In this document: piece by piece, positions 13,516-26,145 of the stretch
How the letters are laid out: each line of letters begins with the position of its first letter
Position numbering within the stretch: the first letter of the stretch is position 1
Source: Podarcis melisellensis
Taxonomy: Eukaryota
Direction: 5' to 3' (one strand)
Length of the DNA stretch: 64,000 bases
Assembly: GCA_964234715.1 (NCBI GenBank)
Contig: OZ174277.1
Translations under genes and position numbers: made by a program
The notes under the pieces: model-generated
Told to the model about the DNA's origin: nothing
Seen by the model: only the letters and a program-made list of their open reading frames with translations
Databases searched by the model: none

Positions 13516-14453
13516 TCTAAGCTGTGTGGTTTGTTTTAGCCAGATCTGCCTTCTCTAGATGGCGTGCCGTAGAGTAGCTCTGTGTTATCTGATGTCTTTA
13601 CCACTGTTGCTGGCAGAGTAGCTCAAATTGGGAATACTAGGCTCAGTTTACTTCAGCAGAACTAGATGTACTTAAATGAAAGTGGCACAGTTCAATTGGT
13701 TTGTGGATTTGTTTGAAAATCTTGAAACTGGAAAATCTCGACCCTTACTAGAAAATCCCTCGGGCAACAGCTGATATTCTTGACTTCCTTCCCATCAGCA
13801 TTTGACCAGAAAACCTACTATGGTAGGTATTCAAGGGCAAATTGAAGCAGGTTGATGTGCCTTGTTTTCACATTATTTTTAAACTGCTTTTGTCGTCAGA
13901 ACTCTTATAAATATTCTCCTATGACAATGGCATATTTGATAGTGGATGCTTACACAATCTCATTTGTTCAGTTCAGTTTTCCATTCTTAACCCAGATCCA
14001 AGTCAGGTGTGTTGATCCATCAAATTGGCATGAGCAAGCTCCCATTTGCTCTATCCTGGGTGTGAACATTGCAACTCCAGCTTTTTCAAGTAATCATCTC
14101 TTAAAGCCTATGAGTAGCCTACCTTTATTTCCAGAGGGATAACAATGATGCCTACCAGAAACCTTTAAACTTAGATGAATTTAGAAAAGGACTGCTGCCC
14201 CCATGACTGCAATTCCCTGTCCATTAATCACTTTCATTTTGCATGAAACTATAGGAAAATAATAACTGTCTTTAGTTAAAGGGGTGAGGAAAAAAAGAAA
14301 GTTATAAAATTCCATGATAAACAACTAAATGAGCATAGTTCTAGATAGGCCATGTAGTTGTTTATATTTCAAATAATTCCCAGACAAATCTTTCATGATG
14401 ACACATATATGGGGACCTGGGGCATCACTCTTTAACGTCTGCTTTTTGAAAAG

Positions 14454-14558
14454 GTTCAAGATTACCTGAAGAGGTTTGAAAGTATACCAGATATGCTAGA
14501 ACTGGATCATCTGACTGTTTCAGGCGATGTCACATTTGGCAAAAATGTTGCATTAAAG
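14454..14558 (+). CDS. UGP2: UGP2 exon 9 equivalent
   Basis: [35 protein letters not shown]; 105 bp; aag|...|gtaggt. Confidence 0.97.
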
Positions 14559-15056
14559 GTAGGTCATACAATTTTCTGTATACAAATTGCCTTTGTGTTT
14601 TGATAACATGTAGAAATTGTTGATCTGTCAACCTCCCTTAAGATTAAATATACAAATATTCATCTTTTCATTGGATGTAGAACATGTAATATGTGAAAGA
14701 AAGTATATATTTGCCTTCGAGAAATTTATTGAAAACCATTTGTTTCCCAGTGTGTGTACCCAAAATACTACATCACACTACATCTGAAAATATAGTGATA
14801 AATCTCTGTAAGAGAAATGACATGTGGCATCTCTAATGGCCAAACTCAACCAGGGACCACTCATTTAATTAGAAATAGTGTGGATGGCTTTTTAAAAGTT
14901 GTAAAAGTGGCCTGATCTGGATTGGGACTCTGGCATGGGGGGCTTTGACCATATGCTCCAGCTGTGGTCTCATTTCAGATTGTGTCTCTCATGCCTGCTA
15001 TTGGCACTGGAAGAAAAGTTCCCATTGGTGGTAACAGAAGCTTTTCTTCCTATGTA

Positions 15057-15285
15057 CAGTGGTACCACGGGTTAAGTACTTAATTTGTTCTGGAGGTCCG
15101 TACTTTACCTGAAACTGTTCTTAACCTGAAGCATCACTTTAGCTAATGGGATCTCCTGCTGCCGCCATACTGCCACCGCCGCATGATTTCTGTTCTTATC
15201 CTGAAGCAAAGTTCTTAACCTGAAGCACTATTTCTAGGTTAGCGGAGTGTGTAATCTGAAGCGTGTGTAACCCGAGGTACCACTG
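15057..15285. mobile_element. Tigger-like MITE
   Basis: TA-CAGTGGTACC...GGTACCACTG-TA; same family as 58867-59092 and 63522-63745. Confidence 0.88.
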
Positions 15286-16278
15286 TAGATGGAGTGCCCT
15301 TTGCTTTCTATCTGGACTGGAACCACAGCTAGGGGCAAAAGTATCCCATGCCAGGAACCGAATATTTAGTTTTTAAAAAGTTTTTGATTGCTAATTGCAA
15401 GGTGCCACATATACTGCCTTGAAACATGGACATTTCATTAGGTTGCCATTGCTTAATAGTCTTGATACCTTCTCAGTTTGACCTCAGGTGAACTGACCTG
15501 AGTTAACACTGTGAGCTTTTAATCAGTTTTGATTTCAAAAATTAATTGTGCATTATTTGAAGCCTTTCCTTGTCAGTCCTGAACTTGCTGCCAACTTCTA
15601 AGTTCTAGCATATTTTACATCTCTGTTTATGTGTTTCTGTTTGTGATCTGTAGTCATTCATAATTTTTATCTCCCAAAGTCTTCTTCAAATAAAAAAGCA
15701 CAAGTACTTTAGGCATTCCTCCAAGCCTTTGATTTTTGTTAACACTACCTATATCCACATAGTGGGAAGTAAAGTCCCATTGACTAATGAGACTTCTCAG
15801 TAAAAGGGATAGGTTTGAACTGGAAGTTGCCTTTCTGTACCTTTTTGAGGTGTGCCCAGAGCTGTACACAGGATTCTAAGGATTGATATATCTCAGATTA
15901 ATATGGTGGAATTTATCCTTATTTGCTGCTTGGAGTGACAAAATAGAAATACCTTCGGTACCGCTTTGCTAGTCTTCAAAAGAAATGGGGCCTGAAATTA
16001 TTTGTATGCAGAGGTATTAAATATGACTAAGTTGCATAATGTATGTAAACTAAGTTTTACAAATTTCTGTAGCTAAATATTTACGATGTATTTTTTTTAT
16101 ACCAGCCATACAAGTTTGGCATGAATCACTGTATGAAATGTATTAGAATTAATTCAAAACAGTTACCCAAAGCTGAGTTAAGAAAATCTAATTAAAGAGT
16201 TCAAGTCCAAGCAGAACACTCTTCCTTAGTAAAAAAAAAAGTATCTGAATTTTTCCCCTTTTTTCTTTTATTATGTAG

Positions 16279-16386
16279 GGAACCGTCATCATCATTGCAA
16301 ACCATGGTGACAGGATAGATATCCCACCAGGAGCTGTATTGGAGAACAAGATAGTCTCTGGAAATCTTCGGATCCTTGATCACTGA
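16279..16386 (+). CDS. UGP2: UGP2 last coding exon
   Basis: [38 protein letters not shown]; canonical UGPase C-terminus. Confidence 0.98.
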   Translation, partial: GTVIIIANHGDRIDIPPGAVLENKIVSGNLRILDH

Positions 16387-17176
16387 TCCAATAAGTGAAC
16401 TAATAGAGATGTGGATAATATTTCCTAGTTTCACAAGTGGAAGAACCCATAGGCATTAGATTTGTACACAGAAGGTCTCTATACTTAGCTATCCACTCAC
16501 TGTACCAACAGTATTATTTCTAAGTAATTTTTCTGTACTTTCTTAACTGAAAGAATATTTAAGATGCAGATCTTTAAATGAATCTATAATTCAGCTAATA
16601 TAATCTAAAGTGCAATATTGTTTGTCTTAAGAAAAGGCAGACATCTCTTGTGTAAGATGTTTTAAGATGCTGATGTTCAATGAGTTTTGAATGGCTTGTA
16701 ACTGAAAAAGCTGTGAAATATGCTGTTAACTATTAAGTGCAACCACCTTATAAAGCATAAATGGCACCCATGATAAAACACTTAGATGATTTATTAATAT
16801 GGCACATAAGCTGTTTAAAATGTCTAGTACTTAACTGTTAACATTGTCTTCCTTCCTACAGTTAATACCTTCAAGCTATAGTACCATCACAGCAACGATA
16901 GCATTGCTCAGTTACCTCACTTTTATCCTTCTCTCAAGCTGGAGTTATTGCTCTCTGTTTACCCAAAGAAGAGACACCTTAGAATGTTACTCCTTTACTG
17001 TCACCCCTCATCTTCTAGCTTCTCCTACTTTTTAGCTATTACTTCTTAAGAAATCCTAAATGTACTTCTAAATATGGGAAAATATCACCACCTCAGTGTA
17101 CTTTGTGTTCTTAGAATTAAATCATGTTTTGCTTGTTACAAATGTGGAAACAAATTCCACATCTGGAAGGTACGGA

Positions 17177-17182
17177 AATAAA
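17177..17182 (+). terminator. Candidate UGP2 polyadenylation signal (AATAAA)
   Basis: AATAAA about 790 nt after the stop, followed about 30 nt later by a T/GT-rich tract; ATTAAA variant at 17116-17121. Confidence 0.55.
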
Positions 17183-17295
17183 TAACATCAAGCCCCCTGT
17201 CTGAATTTCCTTTTTTTTTGTTGTTAACAAAATCTGGCATTGTGCTTATCCTATTCTTAAAGAAGTTGCTCTCTTAAACAGCTCATTTTTACAAC

Positions 17296-17301
17296 TTTAT
17301 T
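17296..17301 (-). terminator. Candidate VPS54 polyadenylation signal (AATAAA on - strand)
   Basis: tttatt on the + strand, about 1.05 kb past the VPS54 stop. Confidence 0.5.
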
Positions 17302-18348
17302 TGATTGACAACGACTTCTGCTAATGTTAACAGATAGGCATGCCTGTCTGAAGAAATCACAGGCACACAAACATGGTAGACTATCATTGTACATAATCAT
17401 CACAAGAGTAGGCACTCACTGGGTTTAGGTAAAAATGCTGTGAGGTGAAATACACAGGCACTTCATTACTTAAGAGAGGCAGGTACCAGCCTGAAAGGTA
17501 GCATTAGAAAAAGTATTCATAAATTAGTCATGCCTCATCATCTGCTGCACTTAAGTGTGTAGTCAGAACTACACTTAACATTTTAAATAGAGTGGGCAGG
17601 TGGGAAAGGAAGTAAATAAACTACATGAAAGTTGGCAAATTAGAAGTCCATGGAAGGGGTTCTTAAAAGAAGTGTTCAAAAAATTAACACACTCCCCGCC
17701 CCCCCGCCCCCATAGTTTGACAAGCTTACTGGCTATGATAAGCTATCTTATTAACATGCCCTTATACTCAGAATAAGTTGCAGGGCTTTACTTTCAAGAG
17801 CTGGGAAACATTTAAAAGGTCATCTTCTGGTGGGAGTATGAAGATCATTTATAGAAATACTTTGGAACAGGATGCACCCTAACAAATCCAAATCTATGCA
17901 GATAAGACTTTATAGAAACATCTGTAAAAAAATAATTTAACAGTAAAGTTTTATACTGAAAACATTTTCTATAATTCAACAGCAAGAATTTTCAAACTAC
18001 CATCATTAAATAAAGGTGAGACACCATGTGAATTTCATTGCACTAGAGGAAATGCAAAGCATCTTTTTAATATAAAGATTTACAGAGCACTCTCTAGAAA
18101 ACTACAGCTGTGTTACAGCTATATATTCTTTTGGATTTGGTCCAAAGAAACCTGAGCCTCGTTCCAGAAAGAATGAAGAAATTGCACAGAGAACTGATCA
18201 CTTTTCTTGCAAAAGAACTATCAAAGTCATTCCCATAGCTGGTTTTCACCACATCACAAGGGAGCTTCCTCTTTTATGTTCCAATAATTCATCTTCTACA
18301 AAGAAGAAACCATCCCATGCCAAGATGCAATTCTGCTCTGCTGGACTA

Positions 18349-18454
18349 TCACCTCTTCTGTTCCCAGATTTCAGCCATGTTCAAGTCTAGGGTTTGAAGC
18401 CCTTTCAAAGCTTGGAGATTTCCAGTGTAAAAAGCTACATCTGCTGTAACCAAT
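18349..18454 (-). CDS. VPS54: VPS54 exon 23 (last coding)
   Basis: (G)LVTADVAFYTGNLQALKGLQTLDLNMAEIWEQKR-TGA; the Leu equivalent to L967 (mouse wobbler site) is retained. Confidence 0.97.
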
Positions 18455-19204
18455 CTGAAACAGAAATAAACACATTGAGGAGACGGGCTGGATCTATAGG
18501 CAAGAATTTTAGATCTTGTTTCAAGCTAAGTGTGCACTTGGTCTTGTGTGCTAAGCCTGATGTATTTTGCTTTGTACTGTATTTGTGTTGCATTTCAACA
18601 CAAATACACGGTGGCCCAAAAGTAGGTATACTGCTTTAGAATCCATTTTCTTTGTACTTGACTCAAGTTTGCCATCGGCATTCACAATAATCCTTTTATC
18701 TGACTCCACTATTATTTCTAACTGCCAGCCTGAAATTTAACTGCAACTTTGTTGTGTGTCATCTATGTGTACCCAAATAATCTGTTGTGATGAATTTCAT
18801 TGATTCAACTGTATACCTACTTTTGGGCCACCCTGTATAGTTAATACAGTTAGAAAATATCACCATCTACTATTAGTGTAAGGTAGTAGTAAAACTGTTT
18901 TTAATTCCTGAAGAGCTGTGATGTTCAAAATCACAAAATACTATGTTTTGTGTTTAATAATATAACTTCTATAAGATAACTACATCAAATATGCATCCAT
19001 TAAATTCCATATTCTCTTGCTAGAATTCTCTTTCTCAAAACGTTTATTGTATTCTGGATCTCAACACATGTGTTCTTTCCCATAGTGTTAGGCCCTTTTC
19101 TGTGCACAGCCATCCAGCAGTATCAAATAAATGCTTAAAGGAGATAAACTGTATTTAGCAGCCTTACCCTTGAACTCCTATATAAAAAACCTTGTGTAAC
19201 ATAC

Positions 19205-19299
19205 CCATTTTGAGGTCCTCCGTCATTGACTACATTTAAGTGGGCCAATTGCCTCTTCAAGTGAAGTTTGTAGCTTGCATTAATTCTTAAAAACAACAT
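19205..19299 (-). CDS. VPS54: VPS54 exon 22
   Basis: MLFLRINASYKLHLKRQLAHLNVVNDGGPQNG; AG/GT; 95 bp. Confidence 0.95.
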
Positions 19300-20455
19300 C
19301 TAGAGAACAATATAGAAGATGTTCCTTTTTAGAATATATAGTAAGAAGGTGAAAGGTTTTGTTCTCTTGAGGAGTGACTATGAAGAATACAGAAGACTCA
19401 ACTTATGTCGAGGTTATGTTCTGGGGCTAGCGCGTAAAGCCAAAATTGTGTATAGTCAAAACACACTGGGTTCAGTGGTGGGTAGGATTGCCAAACTCTT
19501 CTTTTCCCATATGTCTGACCCCTTTCTGCCCCCTTATTTTTATTTTATTGCCAAGCATATGTGTGCAAGTTAAATGCACTTAAGTTGCGAGTTGTACTCA
19601 GTTTCACCCAACTTCGCATTTATGAGCCACTGTGCACTTCCGCCAGCACAGAAAATAATGAGCACTTCATATATAACGGTTCCAGCATCTTTGTTTGTTT
19701 TTATAAAAAACACAATCCCCTAGTTCTCCATACTTTCCCCTGGAACCATGCTTAAGTATGGCATATTTTTTCATGATGTCATCTCACATAACAACTCTGC
19801 ATGAATGGACTGCGCCAAAGGTTAATAATATATAGTGGTGGTGTGAAGCTACTTATAGATGCTACAGTCCCACTTGGGGTGTGGCCATGGAGATGTGGTT
19901 GTCAGTAGCTTTCACGTAGGGGCCATAATATTTAAACAAGTACCAAGAAATGGTTTACTTATTTTCTGATTCATGGGAATCTCCTTGCCCAAGCACACAC
20001 AAACTTACAAGTAAAATTGATGAGAATATCTACAATTAAATAGTATATGTTACTTGTTTTAAATAAAAAGAGTCCATTACTTCTCCCATCCTGCCATACT
20101 AGACCCGATAGGTTTGGCTCCCTCTAGCACTCGAGAGCAGGAATATACTTGCCTCTCAGGAACTTCTAACTAGCCCATTTCCAGAAGCAACCTCAGTCAC
20201 TATTCCCACAGATGGCAGCAGACTACCCTGGGTCGCTGGCAAGCCAATACCACTGGGCACTGCTTGCAACTGGAACTCTCTTCCATCTTTGTGTGGATCC
20301 TGTAAATTTCTGATGGGTATTGGTAAGAGGACCCATGTGTGGGGGTTACAAACAATAGGGAAATGACTGGTGCCTGTTTTTAAAAACATGGGACTAGCGC
20401 ATAAAGAGCCCCAGCAGCGGAGTTTAAATCTGGCATCAAGCAGATTAAAGAAGCA

Positions 20456-20640
20456 TAAAGGTAAAGGTACCCCTGCCCATACGGGCCAGTCTTGACAGAC
20501 TCTGGGGTTGTGCGCCCATCTCACTTAAGAGGCCAGGGGCCAGCGCTGTCCGGAGACACTTCCGGGTCACGTGGCCAGCGTGACATCGCTGCTCTGGCGA
20601 GCCAGAGCCGCACACGGAAACACCGTTTACCTTCCCGCCG
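20456..20640 (-). mobile_element. Sauria SINE, 5'-truncated (second subfamily)
   Basis: (AAAGGT) tail; near-identical to the corresponding part of 59408-59774. Confidence 0.88.
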
Positions 20641-21453
20641 GAGCATAGTATTGGGCTATTAAACCTTTTAATTCCATTCCTGCTGCTTGAGTCAACTGGT
20701 CCCCTTCTACCCCACCCTATTCAATGAAATAGACCACCCTCTGAAGTTAGTTTAAAAATGCTTTACTTAATCAAGTCACAGTCATGTAGCAACATTAAGA
20801 AATGAAGATAATTGTTTTTGGGATGATAAATACAGCAAAGGCAGCCTCAGACACACGAGGGAGAGAGCTATGTGGAGGCATGTCTGCCTCCATGGTGTGC
20901 AACATGAGAAAGAGGGAGAGAAGAACATCTCTCCCATCACTGATGCTACTCTATACCCACTAGCACTGTTAGGGTTGACTGCAGATCTCCCACAATTTCT
21001 TCCTTCTCTAACCTGGCAAAAAGACAAGAATGAGGTCGCTTCTGGGAACGAGTTAGTTACAAGTTCCTAACAGCTGAGTACATTCCTGCCTTTGAATGCT
21101 AGGGGGAACTAACCCAGCATGACAACACAGAAATACCTAGTGGACCATTTCCCCAAGGCTATTAAAAGACTCCATAATTAAAGGCTTTACTTGCAGCCAT
21201 ATTTCAAATGAGGTAAAGCTATTCCAATACTGATCTCTATTTTGGATATTTACTATTTATGTGTTACATAAAATAAGGAATAATTTACTTATGCATAGCA
21301 TTTTAAGACAAGATCTTAAATAACATGAGATGTGATCCTCCTTGTATGAGCAATCAGCAAGTGTAGACTTCATTTGCAGATGCCTCTTCAACTATTGGGA
21401 GCATACGTGACACTCCTACAGCAGAAATAAACACACCACTCAACACGGTTCAC

Positions 21454-21561
21454 CTGTGTTTGCTCCTCAGGAAGAAGGTCATATATTGCTTCATGCATCT
21501 TTGCCATCTGTTTACAAATATTCCTGAAGCAGGTGGAAGGAACAGGTGCTTTCACCTCATA
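21454..21561 (-). CDS. VPS54: VPS54 exon 21
   Basis: YEVKAPVPSTCFRNICKQMAKMHEAIYDLLPEEQTQ; 108 bp. Confidence 0.95.
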
Positions 21562-21639
21562 CTGTTAACAAAGACAGGGAATGTGTCACTAAAGTTGTTT
21601 TCTGGCTGCTACTTTTAAAAACACTGGAAATTCATGGGT

Positions 21640-22095
21640 TGCCAGTTCATTTCTGGGCCCAATCTAAGGTGCTTATGTTAGCATTTTAAGCCCAAATGAT
21701 TCAGGCCCCAAATATCTGAAGGACCACCCCCTTCCCTGCAGACCCTCTCAGGTGTTCAGATCAGCAGGGGATGCCTGCTTGGTAGTTCTGCTGTCCACAG
21801 AAACTTGGGGTGGTGGCCCAGGAGAAGGCATTCTCTGTGGCAGGCCCTAGTTTGTAGAACTCTCTCCTCAAAGCTGTGTCTGGCAACTTCAACATATAGT
21901 TTTCAGTGAATGCTGAAGGCAGGCGTCTTTACCTTGGCCTTTGACACCTGATAAATATCTTCTTAAGAGTTTCACCCTATTTTTGTGTTTCTGGAGCCAG
22001 GTTCACCACAAGTACATTGCTTTAAACTATTTTTAACATTGTATTTTAAATTAATGTATCCAACCCTGAGACCCTAGTCTCATCAGGGGTAATAA
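21640..22095 (+). mobile_element. Old L2-like LINE 3' fragment
   Basis: Degenerate L2 3'-end-like sequence (gcattctctgtggcaggccctagtttgtagaactctct). Confidence 0.5.
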
Positions 22096-22819
22096 TCTTT
22101 CTGCTGACTGGTTCAGTTTCTCATCCTCAACTATGATTTGCTATACAGATGATTTGTAATGTGCTAAAATTCTGATCAGACAACTACCATAAAATATCTT
22201 ATTTCCCAGCTGTTAAGAAAGACTGCCCCAAAGAACAGTATGTACGTTTTCTGCAAATGCAAATACGATGCACAATAAAGATATGCACAATATAGTTACT
22301 TTATGTACATACAATATAGCTCAGCATGCAATGGGAGGGGCTGGGGAACCTCCCATGTACACCTCTGCACACACAGAGTCTGGGTTTGGGGTGGAGCTGG
22401 TTTCTTTTTTTAAGAATGTGATACTTCATGTATAAGGGAAGCACACCTGACCTTGCCTTATGAGTTTGGGGTCCATATCTGGACATTTATTCTTTTATTT
22501 GCCATTGAACTACTAATGTAACAAGTTAGCAAAATACTGCGCAAGGGACATCTTGGAGAAATTATCTGATAAAACTTAGAGGTATCCTCTATAATTCTCT
22601 GCTACGAATAACAATACTAAAAATAAGACATTTCAAACCGGAAAATTATTAGAAAAATACCTTGCTAACGTAGTCAAAATACCTAAGCATACTGAACTGC
22701 TAAGAAACAATAAGCACCTGAACAAGGAAAGTATTGTCCATGTACCCACTGAGTATTCTATATGAGCTGAAGAACTTAAACCTTTGTTAAGAAGCATGAT
22801 TCTATCCACAAATATTTAC

Positions 22820-22900
22820 CTTAGAGAGCAGCTTGTCAAATAAGCTATCCATTATGGCTACGAGCTTTGCTGAAATTTCAGCTATGTGGTCATGATAATC
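22820..22900 (-). CDS. VPS54: VPS54 exon 20
   Basis: DYHDHIAEISAKLVAIMDSLFDKLLSK; 81 bp. Confidence 0.95.
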
Positions 22901-23303
22901 CTGAAAAGAATATAATATTTATTATTTATATTTATGCAAGAGTCTGTCCTAAAGAGCCTATCCAGAAGGCATGAAGAAAAACAAAGATGACTACAATGTA
23001 TTTGCCGCTGCTGCTACATTTTTAATCAGTAATACTTATACTTGTAAGGCGCCCACAAATGCCGGCTGACCAATTAGTCTAGTCTACATTTGTCCTCACT
23101 ACCAACACCTGTGGCAGTTGGGAGTTTTGGGAAAAGTCAAGAGATTTCCCTGACTTGTGCAACAGTATGAAAGTGAGGAAAAGCAATTTTTTCCCTTCTG
23201 CATGGAAGAAATTACATCTCTCTCTAGCCCATTACAGTTTCTTATCTTATCCAAATCTCCATGCAAATGAAACAAGACTTTGCCTTCCCCAATCCTTCTA
23301 GAT

Positions 23304-23788
23304 CAGTGCTTCACAATTAGCTAATTACTGAGGACCCCCTATTTTTCTAAAGCCAAGCCACAGACTCCTACTTAGGAAAATTTTGATAACTCTGTAGTAG
23401 TTACCTGTGCAAAGCAATTATTTGAGGGAAATGTGAGGTAACCTAGGGGATTTTAGCTTTACTAAAGGATTTTAGGTAAAATTTGTGATATCACCAAAAA
23501 CTGCCTATCACTAGACAGCAGGAAAAACGTGTCCCCACTACAACTGAATTTTAAAAAAGGAATTGTGTCCCTAACTTGTAAGTGTTCTTTATGCAGAAGG
23601 CTTTTTGTATGAGAGAGTATTCAAACATGCTATTCCTTACTTCTAATCTGAAATGGTACATCTTAGCAAAATTTTGCAGCATATGGTTCTGCTAACTAAG
23701 GGATCTTGCACCTTAAAGACATAGGTGAAGGCTTGGCCAGGACTTGATAAGGTATTGGGGAAAACTGAGTGGAAAACAGCTGGAATGT

Positions 23789-23819
<31 letters not shown>

Positions 23820-25612
23820 TATTACTGTCATTTATTACTGTTATTTAGTCCTCCTGTGCTCAACTTTCATCCCTGGCTCAAAGAGTTAAGTACAGTACTT
23901 ACTTGGAGTAAGGTTTGTATTCTTGCTGATTACCCAATAGGAACAATCAACTTTTTAATTTATTAGGATTCTGCCATACATCTGTTTCCTCCCCCCACCC
24001 ACATAGCTTCCCAGAGAAAACAAGAAAACAACATCCACACAGGCTGCCTTTTGCACTAAATGGGCCTGGGTGATGTACTGCCATTGCCCAGGACTGGCAT
24101 GAGGCACAGACTGTGATGGCCGCTTCACTCAGTGGTATATCACAAGGGAAACCACCACTGCTCTTGGCTCCCTCCAGCTGGCGCTGGTAGCAGAGGGACT
24201 CAGGAGCTGCAGCAGTTTCACCAGCGATCTACCACTGAGTGAAGCCATCATCCCACTCTGCCCTCACACCGACAGAGGGAGAAACAAGTTGCATTGGCGA
24301 GGCACAAGACAGCCTGTTCCTCCCTCCACTTCTTTAAACTGCTCGGCGGAGGAGCACGCAGCTGCCTTGCCTCAGCCAAGGAGTTTTACGGAGCCTCTGA
24401 TTTGCCCCGGGCTCACATGAGCTGGAGGCAGGCTGGGGGCTCAATGAAACTGCTCCACTGAAGGGTGCACGGTTGCCGCTCCCCTTAGCCGTACAGTTAA
24501 CGGAGCTTCCAGCCCCCCTCTGGCTCATTCAGTTGGGGGATGAGAGGCCTCTTCCAACCCCAGCTGAGCATTTCAGCAAAGCCCCAATGCTCCTCGGATC
24601 AAACATAAGCCCGAGAGGCATCGGAACTTGCTCACTGTGTAGGGGTGGGCCATGTTTCTCAGCTGCTTCTTACTTCCCTAAGGTGGGAAGAAGCAGCCAA
24701 GATAAATTCCAGTCATAGTAATATATCAGCATCTACCGGTATTTAAGGTAAAGGTAAAGGGACCCTGACCATTAGGTCCAGTCGTGGCCGACTCTGGGGT
24801 TGCGGCGCTCATCTCGCTTTATTGGCCAAGGGAGCCGGTGTACAGCTTCCGGGTCATGTGGCCAGCATAACTAAGCAGCTTCTGGTGAACCAGAACAGCG
24901 CACAGAGTATTTATCTACTTGCACTTTGACGTGCTTTCAAACTGTTAGGTTGGCAGGAACAGGGACCAAGCAACGGGAGCTCACCCCGTCGCGGGGATTC
25001 GAACCGCCAACCTTCTGATCGGCAAGTCCTAGGCTCTGTTAGCTACTGATATATCACAATGTTGAAAAGAAAGGATTGCCCAGCCCTAGCACTAAACTAA
25101 ATCATCAGAGGTTGAGCTGCTGTGATAATCACAGTGGCAATTAGCTTTTCCCCCTGTTGGACTTCCAAGATGAGACATGAATCCCAAACTCATAAGGCAA
25201 GATTAACTGAAAACCGTACTACAAGCAGTGGGAGAGTCCTCTAAACTTGATAGCTGTTGAAAGCAATTAGAAGTTCTTTTCAGTGAAAAAGTAGAGAGCA
25301 AGGGGGGAGGGATCCCTTACATTTTAAAAAAAACGATAAGCATGTGAGTTGTTTGCACTCTCTTCTCCCCTCCCCTCCAGTCACAAGAGCCCTATGAAAC
25401 TGTGTCAGAGGTTTTTGCCCAATCCCAGTTTACTTGCCACCCCCAACTCTTTCACAAGTTTTTCCCCTGCCAGCAAGGAGGATGACCCCTGGAAGGCCTT
25501 CACTGAGCAGTTAACAAGATAAGCAAGTCCCTGGCAGGGGTCGGTGCCATGGACCCCTGAGTGTGTTCTGCAGACCCCCAGGGGTCCCCAGGTCCCTAAT
25601 TGGGAACCACTG
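23304..25612. mobile_element. Non-autonomous hAT-superfamily element, 2.3 kb
   Basis: TIRs CAGTGCTTCACAATTAG / CTAATTGGGAACCACTG; perfect 8-bp TSD TTCTAGAT at 23296-23303 and 25613-25620. Confidence 0.82.
24745..25040 (-). mobile_element. Sauria SINE nested in the hAT element
   Basis: Reverse complement of the 2414-2764 family with an internal deletion. Confidence 0.9.
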
Positions 25613-26023
25613 TTCTAGATGCTTAAAAGACAGTTTTTTCTCTCATGTACAATGGAGTATGGAAGATGGGAGTTTAGAGAAAGGAAGCAAGAGCAGGTGG
25701 GACTGCAGCACAAAGGGAATCTGTTGGCAGCTGCCGGAATTGGTATTATGGATGTGAACTTATTCAGAAGAAAAGGAAAAGGTTTATGAGATCCTATAGC
25801 ATCTATTCCCAGCACTGTCAACGAACAAAGGCAGATGAGCAAATGGACATTCACACTGCACTGAGGTTATTACTATGCAACCATAGTAATGCACACCTCT
25901 AGGTTGGAACCACCAAAACGACTGCCCATGCAGGGAATGTAAAATGCATGCAGGTTTTTCTTACCTAATAACAACAACAATAGTAACAAGGTATTTCAAT
26001 CCAGAAAATTATTAGAAAAATAC

Positions 26024-26145
26024 CTTGGTAATGTGGTCAAAATGCCTAAGCATGCTGAACTGTTTGGGTTGCAGGCGAGCTTCAAAGTGAGCTCTGATAA
26101 CAGGAATGTAGTGCACTATGAGCTGTAGGCAGCGTGATGAGAGGG
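26024..26145 (-). CDS. VPS54: VPS54 exon 19
   Basis: (A)LSSRCLQLIVHYIPVIRAHFEARLQPKQFSMLRHFDHITK; 122 bp. Confidence 0.95.
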
